From Minisyncoccota bacterium (GTDB taxonomy: Bacteria > Patescibacteriota > Minisyncoccia > UBA6257): a stretch of 64,000 nt of DNA. Under the pieces are notes generated by a model. That model saw only the letters and a list, made by a program, of their open reading frames with translations, was not told where the DNA came from and searched no databases. The stretch spans positions 100,422 to 164,421 of the forward strand of contig JAQVJR010000001.1 in the NCBI GenBank assembly GCA_028695015.1. The letters run 5' to 3'. The translations under genes and the position numbers were made by a program. How positions within the stretch are numbered: the stretch's first letter is position 1; every line of letters begins with the position of its first letter. Positions 55,798 through 64,000 of this stretch are shown one piece after another.

Positions 55798-58220
55798 ATT
55801 ACAAAATTAATCAATCTGTCTTTTACAAAAACAACTTTTTTGATTTTTTGTTTCTTAAGATATTTTTTAACTTGAGGAGAATTTTTAGCTATTTTCTTTG
55901 CTTCTGATTCTTTAATTCCTTTGGATACTAATATCTTATCTCTAACTTTACTATTAACTTGTACTACTAAAGTAAAAGATTTTTCTTCAGCTATCTCTGC
56001 TTTATATATTGGCCATTTTTCTTGACCTACTGATTTTCTATGCTTTAATGCTCCTTGCCATAATTCTTCTGCTAAATGAGGCGCAAAAGGAGATAAAAGC
56101 AAGACTAAAGTTTCTTGGTGTTTTTTATTTATCTTTTCTTTTGGTACTTGATAAAGACTATTAACATATTCCATTAAAGAACTAATGGCTGTATTAAAAT
56201 GCATGCTCTCTATATCCTCAGTAACTTTTTTTATTGTTTGATGCCTTATCTTTTCCAATTCTTCAATATTTTCTTTTAATTTCTTCTTTGCCTCAGGGGT
56301 CATTTTAAAAACATCTTTTTCTTTAATTTTCTTAGATTTGTCTTTTTCTTCATTGATTAAAGACCAAACTCTATTAAGAAAACGATAAATTCCAATAACT
56401 CCTTGAGTATTCCAAGGTTTGGCAAAAGTCAAAGGCCCCATAAACATTTCATACATTCTCAAACTATCAGCCCCATATTTTTTTATAACACTATCTGGAC
56501 TAATAACATTACCTCTAGATTTAGACATTTTCTCTCCATCTTCTCCTAAGATAATCCCTTGATTAACTAAGCGAGAAAATGGCTCAATAGTAGAAACTAC
56601 TCCAATATCATAAAGAAACTTATGCCAAAAACGAGCATAAAGAAGATGTAATACTGCATGCTCAACACCACCGATATAAATATCAACTGGTAACCAAGAT
56701 TTTTCTTTTTTAATATCTATTAATTTTTTCTTATTCTTAGGATCAACAAAACGAAGATAATACCAACAAGAACCAGCCCATTGAGGCATAGTATTAGTTT
56801 CTCTTTTAGCTGGACCTTTGCATTTAGGACATTTTACATTAACCCAAGAAACAATATCAGCTAAAGGAGATTCATTCTTACCCGAAGGCTCATATTTTTT
56901 AATTTCTGGAAGTTTTAAAGGCAATTGACTTTCTTTTAAAGGTACTAATCCACATTTTTCACATTTAATAATTGGGATTGGTTCTCCCCAATATCTTTGT
57001 CTAGAAAAAACCCAATCTCTTAATTTATAACGCACTGTTTTTGTTCCGCCTACATAAAGAGCTATCTTTTCTTGAGCTCTTTTATAAGGCATGCCATCAA
57101 AAGGACCAGAATTAATCAAAGTGCCATTAGCTGCTACCACTTCTTTAACTGGCAGATAAAACTGCTGAGCAAATGCCAAATCTCTTTCATCATGAGCTGG
57201 CACACCCATTACTGCACCTGTGCCATAACTAATTAAAGCATAATCAGAAACCCAAACAGGCACTCTTTCTCTATTAGCTGGATTAATCACATAAGCACCT
57301 GTAAAAACACCTGTTTTTTCTTTATTCACAGATTGTCTTTCAAAATCTGATTTTTGCAATGCTTGTTTGATATAATCTTGAACTTCATTTCTTTGACTAT
57401 CTTCAGTGATTTTTTCAAGCAAAGGATGTTCTGGTGCTAAAATCAAATAGGTTACTCCAAAGATAGTATCTATTCTTGTAGTAAAAGTTTTTAAATATTC
57501 ATCTTGACCCACAATCTTAAACTCCACATCATAACCTTCTGAACGACCAATCCAATTTTTTTGCATTGTTTTTACTCTGGCAGGCCAATCTAATAAATCC
57601 AGATCTTCTAATAACCTATCAGCCATGGCTGTAATTCTTAAAACCCATTGTTTTAAGTTTTTCCTAGTAACTTCTTTACCACAACGATCACACTTGCCTT
57701 CAACCACTTCTTCATCTGCTAAAACTGTTTTACATGAAGGACACCAATTAACTGGCACCTCAGCTTCATAAGCCAATCCTTTTTTATAAAGTTGGAGAAA
57801 AATCCATTGAGTCCATTTATAATAATTAGGATCTGTTGTATCCACCTCTCTTTGCCAATCATAACTAAACCCCATTTCTTGAAGTTGTTTACGAAAACGC
57901 TTAATGTTTTTCTTAACCACTTCTTTAGGATTTCTTTTTGTCTGAATAGCATAATTTTCTGCTGGCAAACCAAAAGCATCCCAACCCATTGGATGCAAAA
58001 CCTCTAAACCTTTCATCCGATAATATCGAGATAAAATATCAGAAGCCGTATAGCCTTCTACATGACCAACATGCAATCCTTCTCCTGAAGGATAAGGAAA
58101 CATATCTAGAATATAAATATGTTTTTTCTTTGGCTTATCTGATGTATGCCAATTTTTATAATTATTTTTGGCCCAAAATTTTTGCCATTTGGGCTCTATT
58201 TTACTAGGTTGATAAGACAT
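55794..58220 (-). CDS. leuS: Leucyl-tRNA synthetase
   Basis: HVGH (HIGH-type motif), KMSKS, and a CP1 editing-domain insertion; 808 aa. Confidence 0.95.
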   Translation of the reverse strand: MSYQPSKIEPKWQKFWAKNNYKNWHTSDKPKKKHIYILDMFPYPSGEGLHVGHVEGYTASDILSRYYRMKGLEVLHPMGWDAFGLPAENYAIQTKRNPKEVVKKNIKRFRKQLQEMGFSYDWQREVDTTDPNYYKWTQWIFLQLYKKGLAYEAEVPVNWCPSCKTVLADEEVVEGKCDRCGKEVTRKNLKQWVLRITAMADRLLEDLDLLDWPARVKTMQKNWIGRSEGYDVEFKIVGQDEYLKTFTTRIDTIFGVTYLILAPEHPLLEKITEDSQRNEVQDYIKQALQKSDFERQSVNKEKTGVFTGAYVINPANRERVPVWVSDYALISYGTGAVMGVPAHDERDLAFAQQFYLPVKEVVAANGTLINSGPFDGMPYKRAQEKIALYVGGTKTVRYKLRDWVFSRQRYWGEPIPIIKCEKCGLVPLKESQLPLKLPEIKKYEPSGKNESPLADIVSWVNVKCPKCKGPAKRETNTMPQWAGSCWYYLRFVDPKNKKKLIDIKKEKSWLPVDIYIGGVEHAVLHLLYARFWHKFLYDIGVVSTIEPFSRLVNQGIILGEDGEKMSKSRGNVISPDSVIKKYGADSLRMYEMFMGPLTFAKPWNTQGVIGIYRFLNRVWSLINEEKDKSKKIKEKDVFKMTPEAKKKLKENIEELEKIRHQTIKKVTEDIESMHFNTAISSLMEYVNSLYQVPKEKINKKHQETLVLLLSPFAPHLAEELWQGALKHRKSVGQEKWPIYKAEIAEEKSFTLVVQVNSKVRDKILVSKGIKESEAKKIAKNSPQVKKYLKKQKIKKVVFVKDRLINFVI

Positions 58221-58226
58221 AAATAT

Positions 58227-58436
58227 TTAAGAATTATCTTCTGGCAAGACCACGCCTCCTGGCGGAGATTGAGGCAATTTATCTGGTGAAATTAAAGGAA
58301 GGTTTTCTTCTATTTGCTCAATCTCAGGGTAAACAGGTAGATCAGATTCTCTTGTTTGAAACATATAGCCATAAATCAAAATACCAAGGCCTAGAATTAA
58401 AACAAAAAGGATCAAAGCTAAAATTGTTTTATTCAT
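58227..58436 (-). CDS. Hypothetical small single-pass membrane protein (69 aa)
   Basis: N-terminal TM ILALILFVLILGLGILIYGY, then a Pro-rich tail. It sits between thrS and leuS on the same strand. Confidence 0.35.
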   Translation of the reverse strand: MNKTILALILFVLILGLGILIYGYMFQTRESDLPVYPEIEQIEENLPLISPDKLPQSPPGGVVLPEDNS

Positions 58437-58450
58437 AAAGATATTAAAAT

Positions 58451-60214
58451 TTATTCAAGTTCTTTTGTAATAATATCATAAAACTTAGCAATTGTCATCT
58501 CTCCTAAATCTCCTTTTTTTCTTTTTCTAACAGCTATTTTCTGATTTTTTTCTTCTTTATCACCCACAATTAAGACATAGGGAATTTTCTGTTCTTCTGC
58601 TTTTTTAATATTTTTAGATAAAGCTTCTTCTCCTGACCAAACCTCAACTCTTAAATCCTTAGCTTGCATCATCTTAAAAACTTTTTGAGCAAACTTTGTA
58701 TTTTTTTCTTTAATAGGAATAACCACTACTTGAACAGGAGCTAACCATAAAGGAAATTCCCCTCCATAATTCTCTATCAAAATTCCCATAAATCTTTCTA
58801 AACTACCTAAAATAGTTCGATGCAACATTACTGGTCTTTGTTTTTTGCCTTTCTTATCTATATAAAAAAGATCAAACTTTTCTGGCATTATAAAATCCAA
58901 TTGAATTGTTCCACATTGCCAAGTCCGCCCTAAACAATCTTTTAAATGAAAATCAATCTTTGGTCCATAAAAAGCCCCTTGTCCTTTATTAACAACAAAA
59001 TCAATGTTTTTTTGTTTTAAAGCTTGTTTTAAACCTAAGGTTGCTTTTTGCCACATTTTATCAGAACCCATGGCTTTTTCTGGCTTAGTGCTTAATTCAA
59101 CATGATATGGAAAACCAAACTTCTTATAAATACGATCACTTAAATCAATCACTCCTAGAATTTCATCTGTAATCTGTTCAGGGGTCATATAAATATGAGC
59201 ATCATCTTGAGTAAAGCTCCTTACTCTAAAAAGCCCTTGCAAGACTCCAGAAAGCTCATGGCGATGAACTAAGCCTAATTCAGCTATTCTTAAGGGCAAT
59301 TCCCGATAACTATGAAGTGAGTTTTTATAAACTAAAATTCCTCCTGGGCAATTCATGGGCTTAATTGCATAATCTTTATCATCTATTTTAGTAAAATACA
59401 TATTTTCCTTGTAATGATCCCAATGACCTGATTGCATCCATAATGATTTGCTTAATAAAATAGGAGTTTTTATTTCTTCATATCCATTTTTCTGATGTTC
59501 TTTTTTCCAATAATCTTCAAGTAAATTTCTTAAAACCATTCCCTTAGGATGGAAAAAAGGGAAACCAACACCTTCATTATGAAAACTAAACAAATCTAAA
59601 TCTTTACCAAGCTTACGATGATCTCTTTTTTCTGCTTCTTCTATTTGACATAGGTAATCTTGTAATTCTTTTTCTTTAGCAAAGGCAACACCCATAATTC
59701 TTTGCAACATTGAATTAGTTTCTTTGCCTCGCCAATAAGCACCAGACACCTTAACTAATTTAAAGCTCAAGGGAAGCTCTTTTGTATTTTTTACATGAGG
59801 CCCACGACATAAATCAATAAAGTCACCTAATTGATAAAGAGAAACTGATTTTATTTTTTTAGACTTAACTTTATCTTTCTCATCTTCTACTGTGGTACCA
59901 TATTTTTCTAAATCCTTAATCAATTCTACCTTATAGGTTTGATTTAAATCCTTAAATACCTTGCTCGCTTGTTTTAATGAAACATTGCTTTTTTTAAAAG
60001 ACAATTCTTTTTTAATAATCTCTCTCATTTCTTTTTCTATTTTTGGTAAATCTTCTAAAGATAAAGTCTTACCAATATCAATATCATAATAAAAACCATT
60101 TTCAATTATTGGCCCAATACCAAATTTAGCCTTTGGATAAAAATTTTTTACAGCTAAAGCTAAGACATGGGCTAAAGAATGACGGACCTTTTCCAAGCTG
60201 TCTTTTTGTTTCAT
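58451..60214 (-). CDS. thrS: Threonyl-tRNA synthetase lacking the N-terminal TGS domain
   Basis: Editing-domain motif RHSLAHVLA; class II catalytic core; C-terminal anticodon-binding domain; 587 aa. Confidence 0.9.
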   Translation of the reverse strand: MKQKDSLEKVRHSLAHVLALAVKNFYPKAKFGIGPIIENGFYYDIDIGKTLSLEDLPKIEKEMREIIKKELSFKKSNVSLKQASKVFKDLNQTYKVELIKDLEKYGTTVEDEKDKVKSKKIKSVSLYQLGDFIDLCRGPHVKNTKELPLSFKLVKVSGAYWRGKETNSMLQRIMGVAFAKEKELQDYLCQIEEAEKRDHRKLGKDLDLFSFHNEGVGFPFFHPKGMVLRNLLEDYWKKEHQKNGYEEIKTPILLSKSLWMQSGHWDHYKENMYFTKIDDKDYAIKPMNCPGGILVYKNSLHSYRELPLRIAELGLVHRHELSGVLQGLFRVRSFTQDDAHIYMTPEQITDEILGVIDLSDRIYKKFGFPYHVELSTKPEKAMGSDKMWQKATLGLKQALKQKNIDFVVNKGQGAFYGPKIDFHLKDCLGRTWQCGTIQLDFIMPEKFDLFYIDKKGKKQRPVMLHRTILGSLERFMGILIENYGGEFPLWLAPVQVVVIPIKEKNTKFAQKVFKMMQAKDLRVEVWSGEEALSKNIKKAEEQKIPYVLIVGDKEEKNQKIAVRKRKKGDLGEMTIAKFYDIITKELE

Positions 60215-60295
60215 TATTTTTATTATTAAACTAATGCCGTTATTAAACGGATTGAAAGTATTTTACTATAATTATTGCTCAAAAACAAATAATTT

Positions 60296-63200
60296 CTAAG
60301 CTTCTAAATGCTTAATTTCTTCTAATTTTTCACCAATAATTTGATAAGTCCCATTACGCTTATCCATTCTACCTTCAACCATTAAAACTCTATCTTCTCT
60401 CAGAACATCCATATAATGATTTAATATTGCTGGATAAAGAACCACCTCAATTGAATTATCATAATCTGCTAAATGAGTAAAAGCCATGGGTTTGCCTACT
60501 TTAGTTCTCACTTGCTGAATTTTAGAAATAAATCCACAAACTTTAATTCTTTTACCTAAGTGATAAGGATTTAACTGAGTCGCTGTTAAGGCGATTTTAC
60601 CTAAAATATTCTTGTAATTATCTAAAGGATGACTAGTTAAATAAAGTCCTAAAAATTCCCTTTCCCAATTCATTCTTCTTTCCTTGTCTAATGAAGAATT
60701 AGGAGATTTATTTCTTAGGTTTTTTAATAAATCCTCTCCAGTATCTTCTTGGAAAAGACACATTTGATTACTATTTTTTGAATTATTGTATTGAGTGATC
60801 CATTTTAGAATTTCTTCTAAATTATCTGCCATTAATTCTCTTTCACCAAAACAATCTAAAGCTCCTCCTTTGATTAAACTTTCCAAAGCTTTCTTGTTTA
60901 ATGCTTGCTTAGGAACTCTTTTCAGAAAATCTGCCAGATCTTTATAAACACCATTCTTTTGTCTTTCTTCTTGAATAGCCAAAGCTACTCCTTCTCCAAC
61001 ATTTTTAATTGCTGCTAAGCTAAAGAAAATATCTCCAGTTTGCTTATCAATCCCAAATTCAGCAAAAGAAGTGTTAACTGAAGGTGGATTAACTTTAATC
61101 TTCATTCTTTTACATTCAGCTATTTCTGTTGCTATTCTATCCAAATTACCAAAATCAGAAGTTAATAAAGCAGCCATAAACGCATTTGGATAATGAGCTT
61201 TTAACCAAGCGGTCTGATAAGTAATCCTCGCATAAGAAGCTGCATGGCTTTTATTAAAACCATAACGCGCAAAAGGAATTACCCAATTCCATATTTTTTC
61301 TGCAGTTTTCCTATCTATCTTATTCTTAACCATCCCCTCTACTAATAATTCTTGTTGTGCTTCTAATAATGATTTTATCTTCTTACCCACAGCTTTTCTT
61401 AAAACATCTGCCTGAGCTAAAGATAAGCCAGCTAAATCATGAGCAATCTGCATTAATTGTTCTTGATAAATGCAAACTCCATAGGTATTTTTCAAAATTG
61501 GCTCTAATTTAGGATGAAGATAATCAATTTTTTCTTTACCATGTTTCCTATTAATAAATTGTGGAATCAATTCCATTGGTCCTGGACGATACAAAGCTAA
61601 CATGGCAACTAAATCCTCAAACTTTGTTGGTTTTAATTCTTGTAAATATCTTCTCATGCCTCCAGATTCAACTTGAAACAACCCAGTCGTATTCCCACTA
61701 GATAATAATTGATAAACTTTTGCATCATCATATTTCAAATCATCCAAATCAATCTCTTTTCCATAAACTTTCTTAATAATCCTAATGGTATTTTTAATAA
61801 TTGTCAGATTAGCTAATCCTAAAACATCAATTTTAAGCAAGCCGATTTTCTCCAAAGAATACATATCATATTGCGTAATTACCTCCTGGTCATTACGACT
61901 TGAATGTTGTAAAGGCGAATAAGTAACCAATGGTTCACGGGAAATAACCACTCCAGCTGCATGAGTAGAGCCATGACGAGCCACGCCTTCAAGCTGTTTA
62001 GCTAATTCCATTACTTCTCGAGCATCAGCATTAATGCTTACTAATTGTTTTAATTCTGGAATTGTTTTTATAGCTCTATCTATTGAATAATCAAAAGGAA
62101 TCAATTTAGCTATCTGATCCCCTAGAGCATATGGATGACCTAGGGCCCTGGTAACATCACGAACCGCCATGCGTGATTTCATAATCCCAAAAGTAATGAT
62201 TTGGGCTACATGCTCTTGACCATATTTTTGAGTAATATATCCTAATAGCTCTGCTCTTTTATCATCAGCAATATCAATATCTATATCTGGTGGTTGAATT
62301 CTCTCAGGATTAAGAAATCTTTCAAAAAACAAACCATGCTCTAAAGGATCAACAGAAGTAATGTCTAAGATATAGGCAACAAAGCTACCCGCAGCTGACC
62401 CTCGAGTATTAGTTAAAATACCTTGTTCTTTAGTGAATTGAATTAAATCATGAATAATTAAAAAATAATCAGCAAAACCTGTTTTCTTTATTACTTCTAA
62501 TTCATAAGTTAATCTTTTTTTTGCTATTGGGTTTTTATTAGAATATTCTTTTTCATAATTATCCCAAACTATTTTTTCTAAATACTCAAAAGAATCTTCT
62601 TTGTTCTCTCTTTCAAAATGAGGCAAGATAATATTATCTAAATCTAATTCTAAATTACATTCATTAACTATTTTTTCAATATTACTAAATAGATCAGGTC
62701 GCTGAAGAAAATCTTTTGCAATTTCTTGCCCAGATTTAAAATGTAAATCTGCCTGCTCCATGGTAAAACGATCTTCATCTTCTATTACTGCTCCAGTTTG
62801 AATAGCTAATAGAACATCCTGAATTCTTTTATCTTCTTTCTTGATATAATGTACATCAGAAGTAACCACTGCAGGAATCTTATGCTCATCAACAATTTTT
62901 AATAAATTATTATTTATTTCTTCTTGTTCTGGAATTTCAGGATGATGTTGTAATTCAAGATAAAAATTTTCTTTACCAAAAATTTCCTGATATTCTTTTG
63001 CCAGCTGAACAGCTTTTTCATAATTACCAGATAAAAGAGCAATGGGAATATCTCCTCGTGAACAACCTGAAAGAGCAATCAATCCTTCACTATGTTCTCT
63101 TAAAACTTTCTTATCAATCCGTGGCTTATAATAAAAACCTTCTAATTCGCCAATGGTGACTAACTTTAGAAGGTTTTGATAACCAGTAAGATTTTTTGCT

Positions 63201-63472
63201 AATAAAACTAAGTGATAAAATCTAATTTCTTTACTTGGGCTTTTCTCTTCTAATGAATGAGGGGCCAAATAAACCTCACAACCAATAATTGGTTTGATTC
63301 CCATCTTCTTTGCCAATGAATAAAACTCAATTGCCCCATGCATTACTCCATGATCAGTCAGCGCCAAAGCCTTAAGACCATCTTTTTTAGCCTGATTTAA
63401 AAGCTGCTCTGGCCTGGCTAATCCGTCTAATAAAGAATAGTGGCTATGGACATGAAGATGAGTAAAATACAT
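60296..63472 (-). CDS. dnaE: DNA polymerase III alpha subunit
   Basis: N-terminal PHP domain FTHLHVHSHYSLLDG; palm, fingers and OB domains; 1058 aa. Confidence 0.95.
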   Translation of the reverse strand: MYFTHLHVHSHYSLLDGLARPEQLLNQAKKDGLKALALTDHGVMHGAIEFYSLAKKMGIKPIIGCEVYLAPHSLEEKSPSKEIRFYHLVLLAKNLTGYQNLLKLVTIGELEGFYYKPRIDKKVLREHSEGLIALSGCSRGDIPIALLSGNYEKAVQLAKEYQEIFGKENFYLELQHHPEIPEQEEINNNLLKIVDEHKIPAVVTSDVHYIKKEDKRIQDVLLAIQTGAVIEDEDRFTMEQADLHFKSGQEIAKDFLQRPDLFSNIEKIVNECNLELDLDNIILPHFERENKEDSFEYLEKIVWDNYEKEYSNKNPIAKKRLTYELEVIKKTGFADYFLIIHDLIQFTKEQGILTNTRGSAAGSFVAYILDITSVDPLEHGLFFERFLNPERIQPPDIDIDIADDKRAELLGYITQKYGQEHVAQIITFGIMKSRMAVRDVTRALGHPYALGDQIAKLIPFDYSIDRAIKTIPELKQLVSINADAREVMELAKQLEGVARHGSTHAAGVVISREPLVTYSPLQHSSRNDQEVITQYDMYSLEKIGLLKIDVLGLANLTIIKNTIRIIKKVYGKEIDLDDLKYDDAKVYQLLSSGNTTGLFQVESGGMRRYLQELKPTKFEDLVAMLALYRPGPMELIPQFINRKHGKEKIDYLHPKLEPILKNTYGVCIYQEQLMQIAHDLAGLSLAQADVLRKAVGKKIKSLLEAQQELLVEGMVKNKIDRKTAEKIWNWVIPFARYGFNKSHAASYARITYQTAWLKAHYPNAFMAALLTSDFGNLDRIATEIAECKRMKIKVNPPSVNTSFAEFGIDKQTGDIFFSLAAIKNVGEGVALAIQEERQKNGVYKDLADFLKRVPKQALNKKALESLIKGGALDCFGERELMADNLEEILKWITQYNNSKNSNQMCLFQEDTGEDLLKNLRNKSPNSSLDKERRMNWEREFLGLYLTSHPLDNYKNILGKIALTATQLNPYHLGKRIKVCGFISKIQQVRTKVGKPMAFTHLADYDNSIEVVLYPAILNHYMDVLREDRVLMVEGRMDKRNGTYQIIGEKLEEIKHLEA

Positions 63473-63555
63473 AAAAAAATTTAATGATATAATGATATTG
63501 TATCATGGACTCAAAAAAATACAAACCTATCTTTTAATCTACATTAAATTATTAA

Positions 63556-64000
63556 ATGAATTTAACAAAAGAAAAATATTATTCACAAAAAAACTATCAA
63601 ATAATCATTGGGCTAGATGAAGCTGGTCGTGGTTCTTTAGCTGGACCTGTTAGTGCAGCTGCGGTTATAGTAAATCCTAAAATTTATTCTTTTAAAACAC
63701 CTAAAGAAAGATCAAGGTATCAAAAAGATAAAATTTTCCAAGATATCTTAAAAAGAACTAATGATTCTAAAAAATTAACTCCTACAGAAAGAGAATCTAT
63801 CTTTAAATTGATTAAAAAATCCCCGAACATAAAATTCTCTTATTCTTTTATCCAGCCTCAAACAATCGATAAGATAAATATCAATCAAGCTATTCAAAAA
63901 GCCATGCTCAATTGTCTTAAAAAAATCTTAACTCCTAAAACCAAAAACAAGAGAATATTAATTCTCATTGATGGAAACCAACCTTTAACCCTTAGTGGTA
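63556..64000 (+). CDS. rnhB: Ribonuclease HII, with an N-terminal fragment that continues past the window end
   Basis: IIGLDEAGRGSLAGPVSAAAVIV (RNase HII catalytic DEAGRG motif); DSKKLTPTERE. There is no stop within the window, so the ORF track omits it. Confidence 0.85.
   Translation, partial: MNLTKEKYYSQKNYQIIIGLDEAGRGSLAGPVSAAAVIVNPKIYSFKTPKERSRYQKDKIFQDILKRTNDSKKLTPTERESIFKLIKKSPNIKFSYSFIQPQTIDKININQAIQKAMLNCLKKILTPKTKNKRILILIDGNQPLTLSG

Noticed and set aside
32653-58207. Embedded short ORFs 32653-32838, 37515-37787, 39108-39293, 40015-40269, 46772-46963, 48736-48927, 49899-50165, 52065-52277, 57719-57979, 57792-58007 and 57989-58207
   Set aside because: Shadow ORFs inside the permease, histidine kinase, polA, oxidoreductase, ligase-like, hydrolase, surface-protein and leuS genes.
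1-64000. CRISPR arrays, insertion sequences, integrases, prophage or toxin-antitoxin modules
   Set aside because: I found no periodic direct repeats, no transposase or integrase-like ORFs and no compositional islands apart from the surface-protein gene. The window appears to be core chromosome.

Overview
This is an AT-rich bacterial window of about 30% GC, densely packed with housekeeping genes, most of them on the minus strand. The core genes present are ftsA-ftsZ, rpoB-rpoC, htrA-clpB, rnc-smc-KH-trmD, nusB, rpmF, smpB-ssrA, infC-rpmI-rplT, rtcB-archease, the aminoacyl-tRNA synthetase genes hisS, ileS, leuS and thrS, polA, dnaE, holA, mutM, tsaE and a partial rnhB. Several traits suggest a reduced-genome lineage of the Candidate Phyla Radiation / Patescibacteria type, though this is inference only: very short intergenic spacers, frequent start/stop overlaps, lysine-rich tails on many proteins, few Shine-Dalgarno sequences, and archaeal-type repair genes (rtcB, archease and an EndoQ-like nuclease). 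RNA genes found are a tmRNA directly downstream of smpB, and rpmI (L35), which the ORF track missed because it is under 60 aa; ftsZ and rnhB are partial at the window edges. I found no CRISPR array, rRNA, tRNA, transposase or integrase. The non-standard loci most worth a second look are: (i) a single 964-aa protein carrying two complete GspE/PilB secretion-ATPase modules; (ii) a membrane-anchored ClpA/ClpB-like double-AAA+ protein whose first ATPase domain has degenerate Walker A and B motifs; (iii) a hinge-less 700-aa SMC in the conserved rnc-smc position; (iv) an ECF sigma / anti-sigma cell-envelope module, in which a secreted protein and a putative metalloprotease share a coiled-coil plus peptidoglycan-binding cassette; (v) a rtcB-archease pair next to a small EF-Tu-domain-II-like protein and an EndoQ-like nuclease; (vi) a convergent intergenic region (44885-45111) with a near-consensus sigma-70 promoter and an internal direct repeat, which may encode a small RNA.
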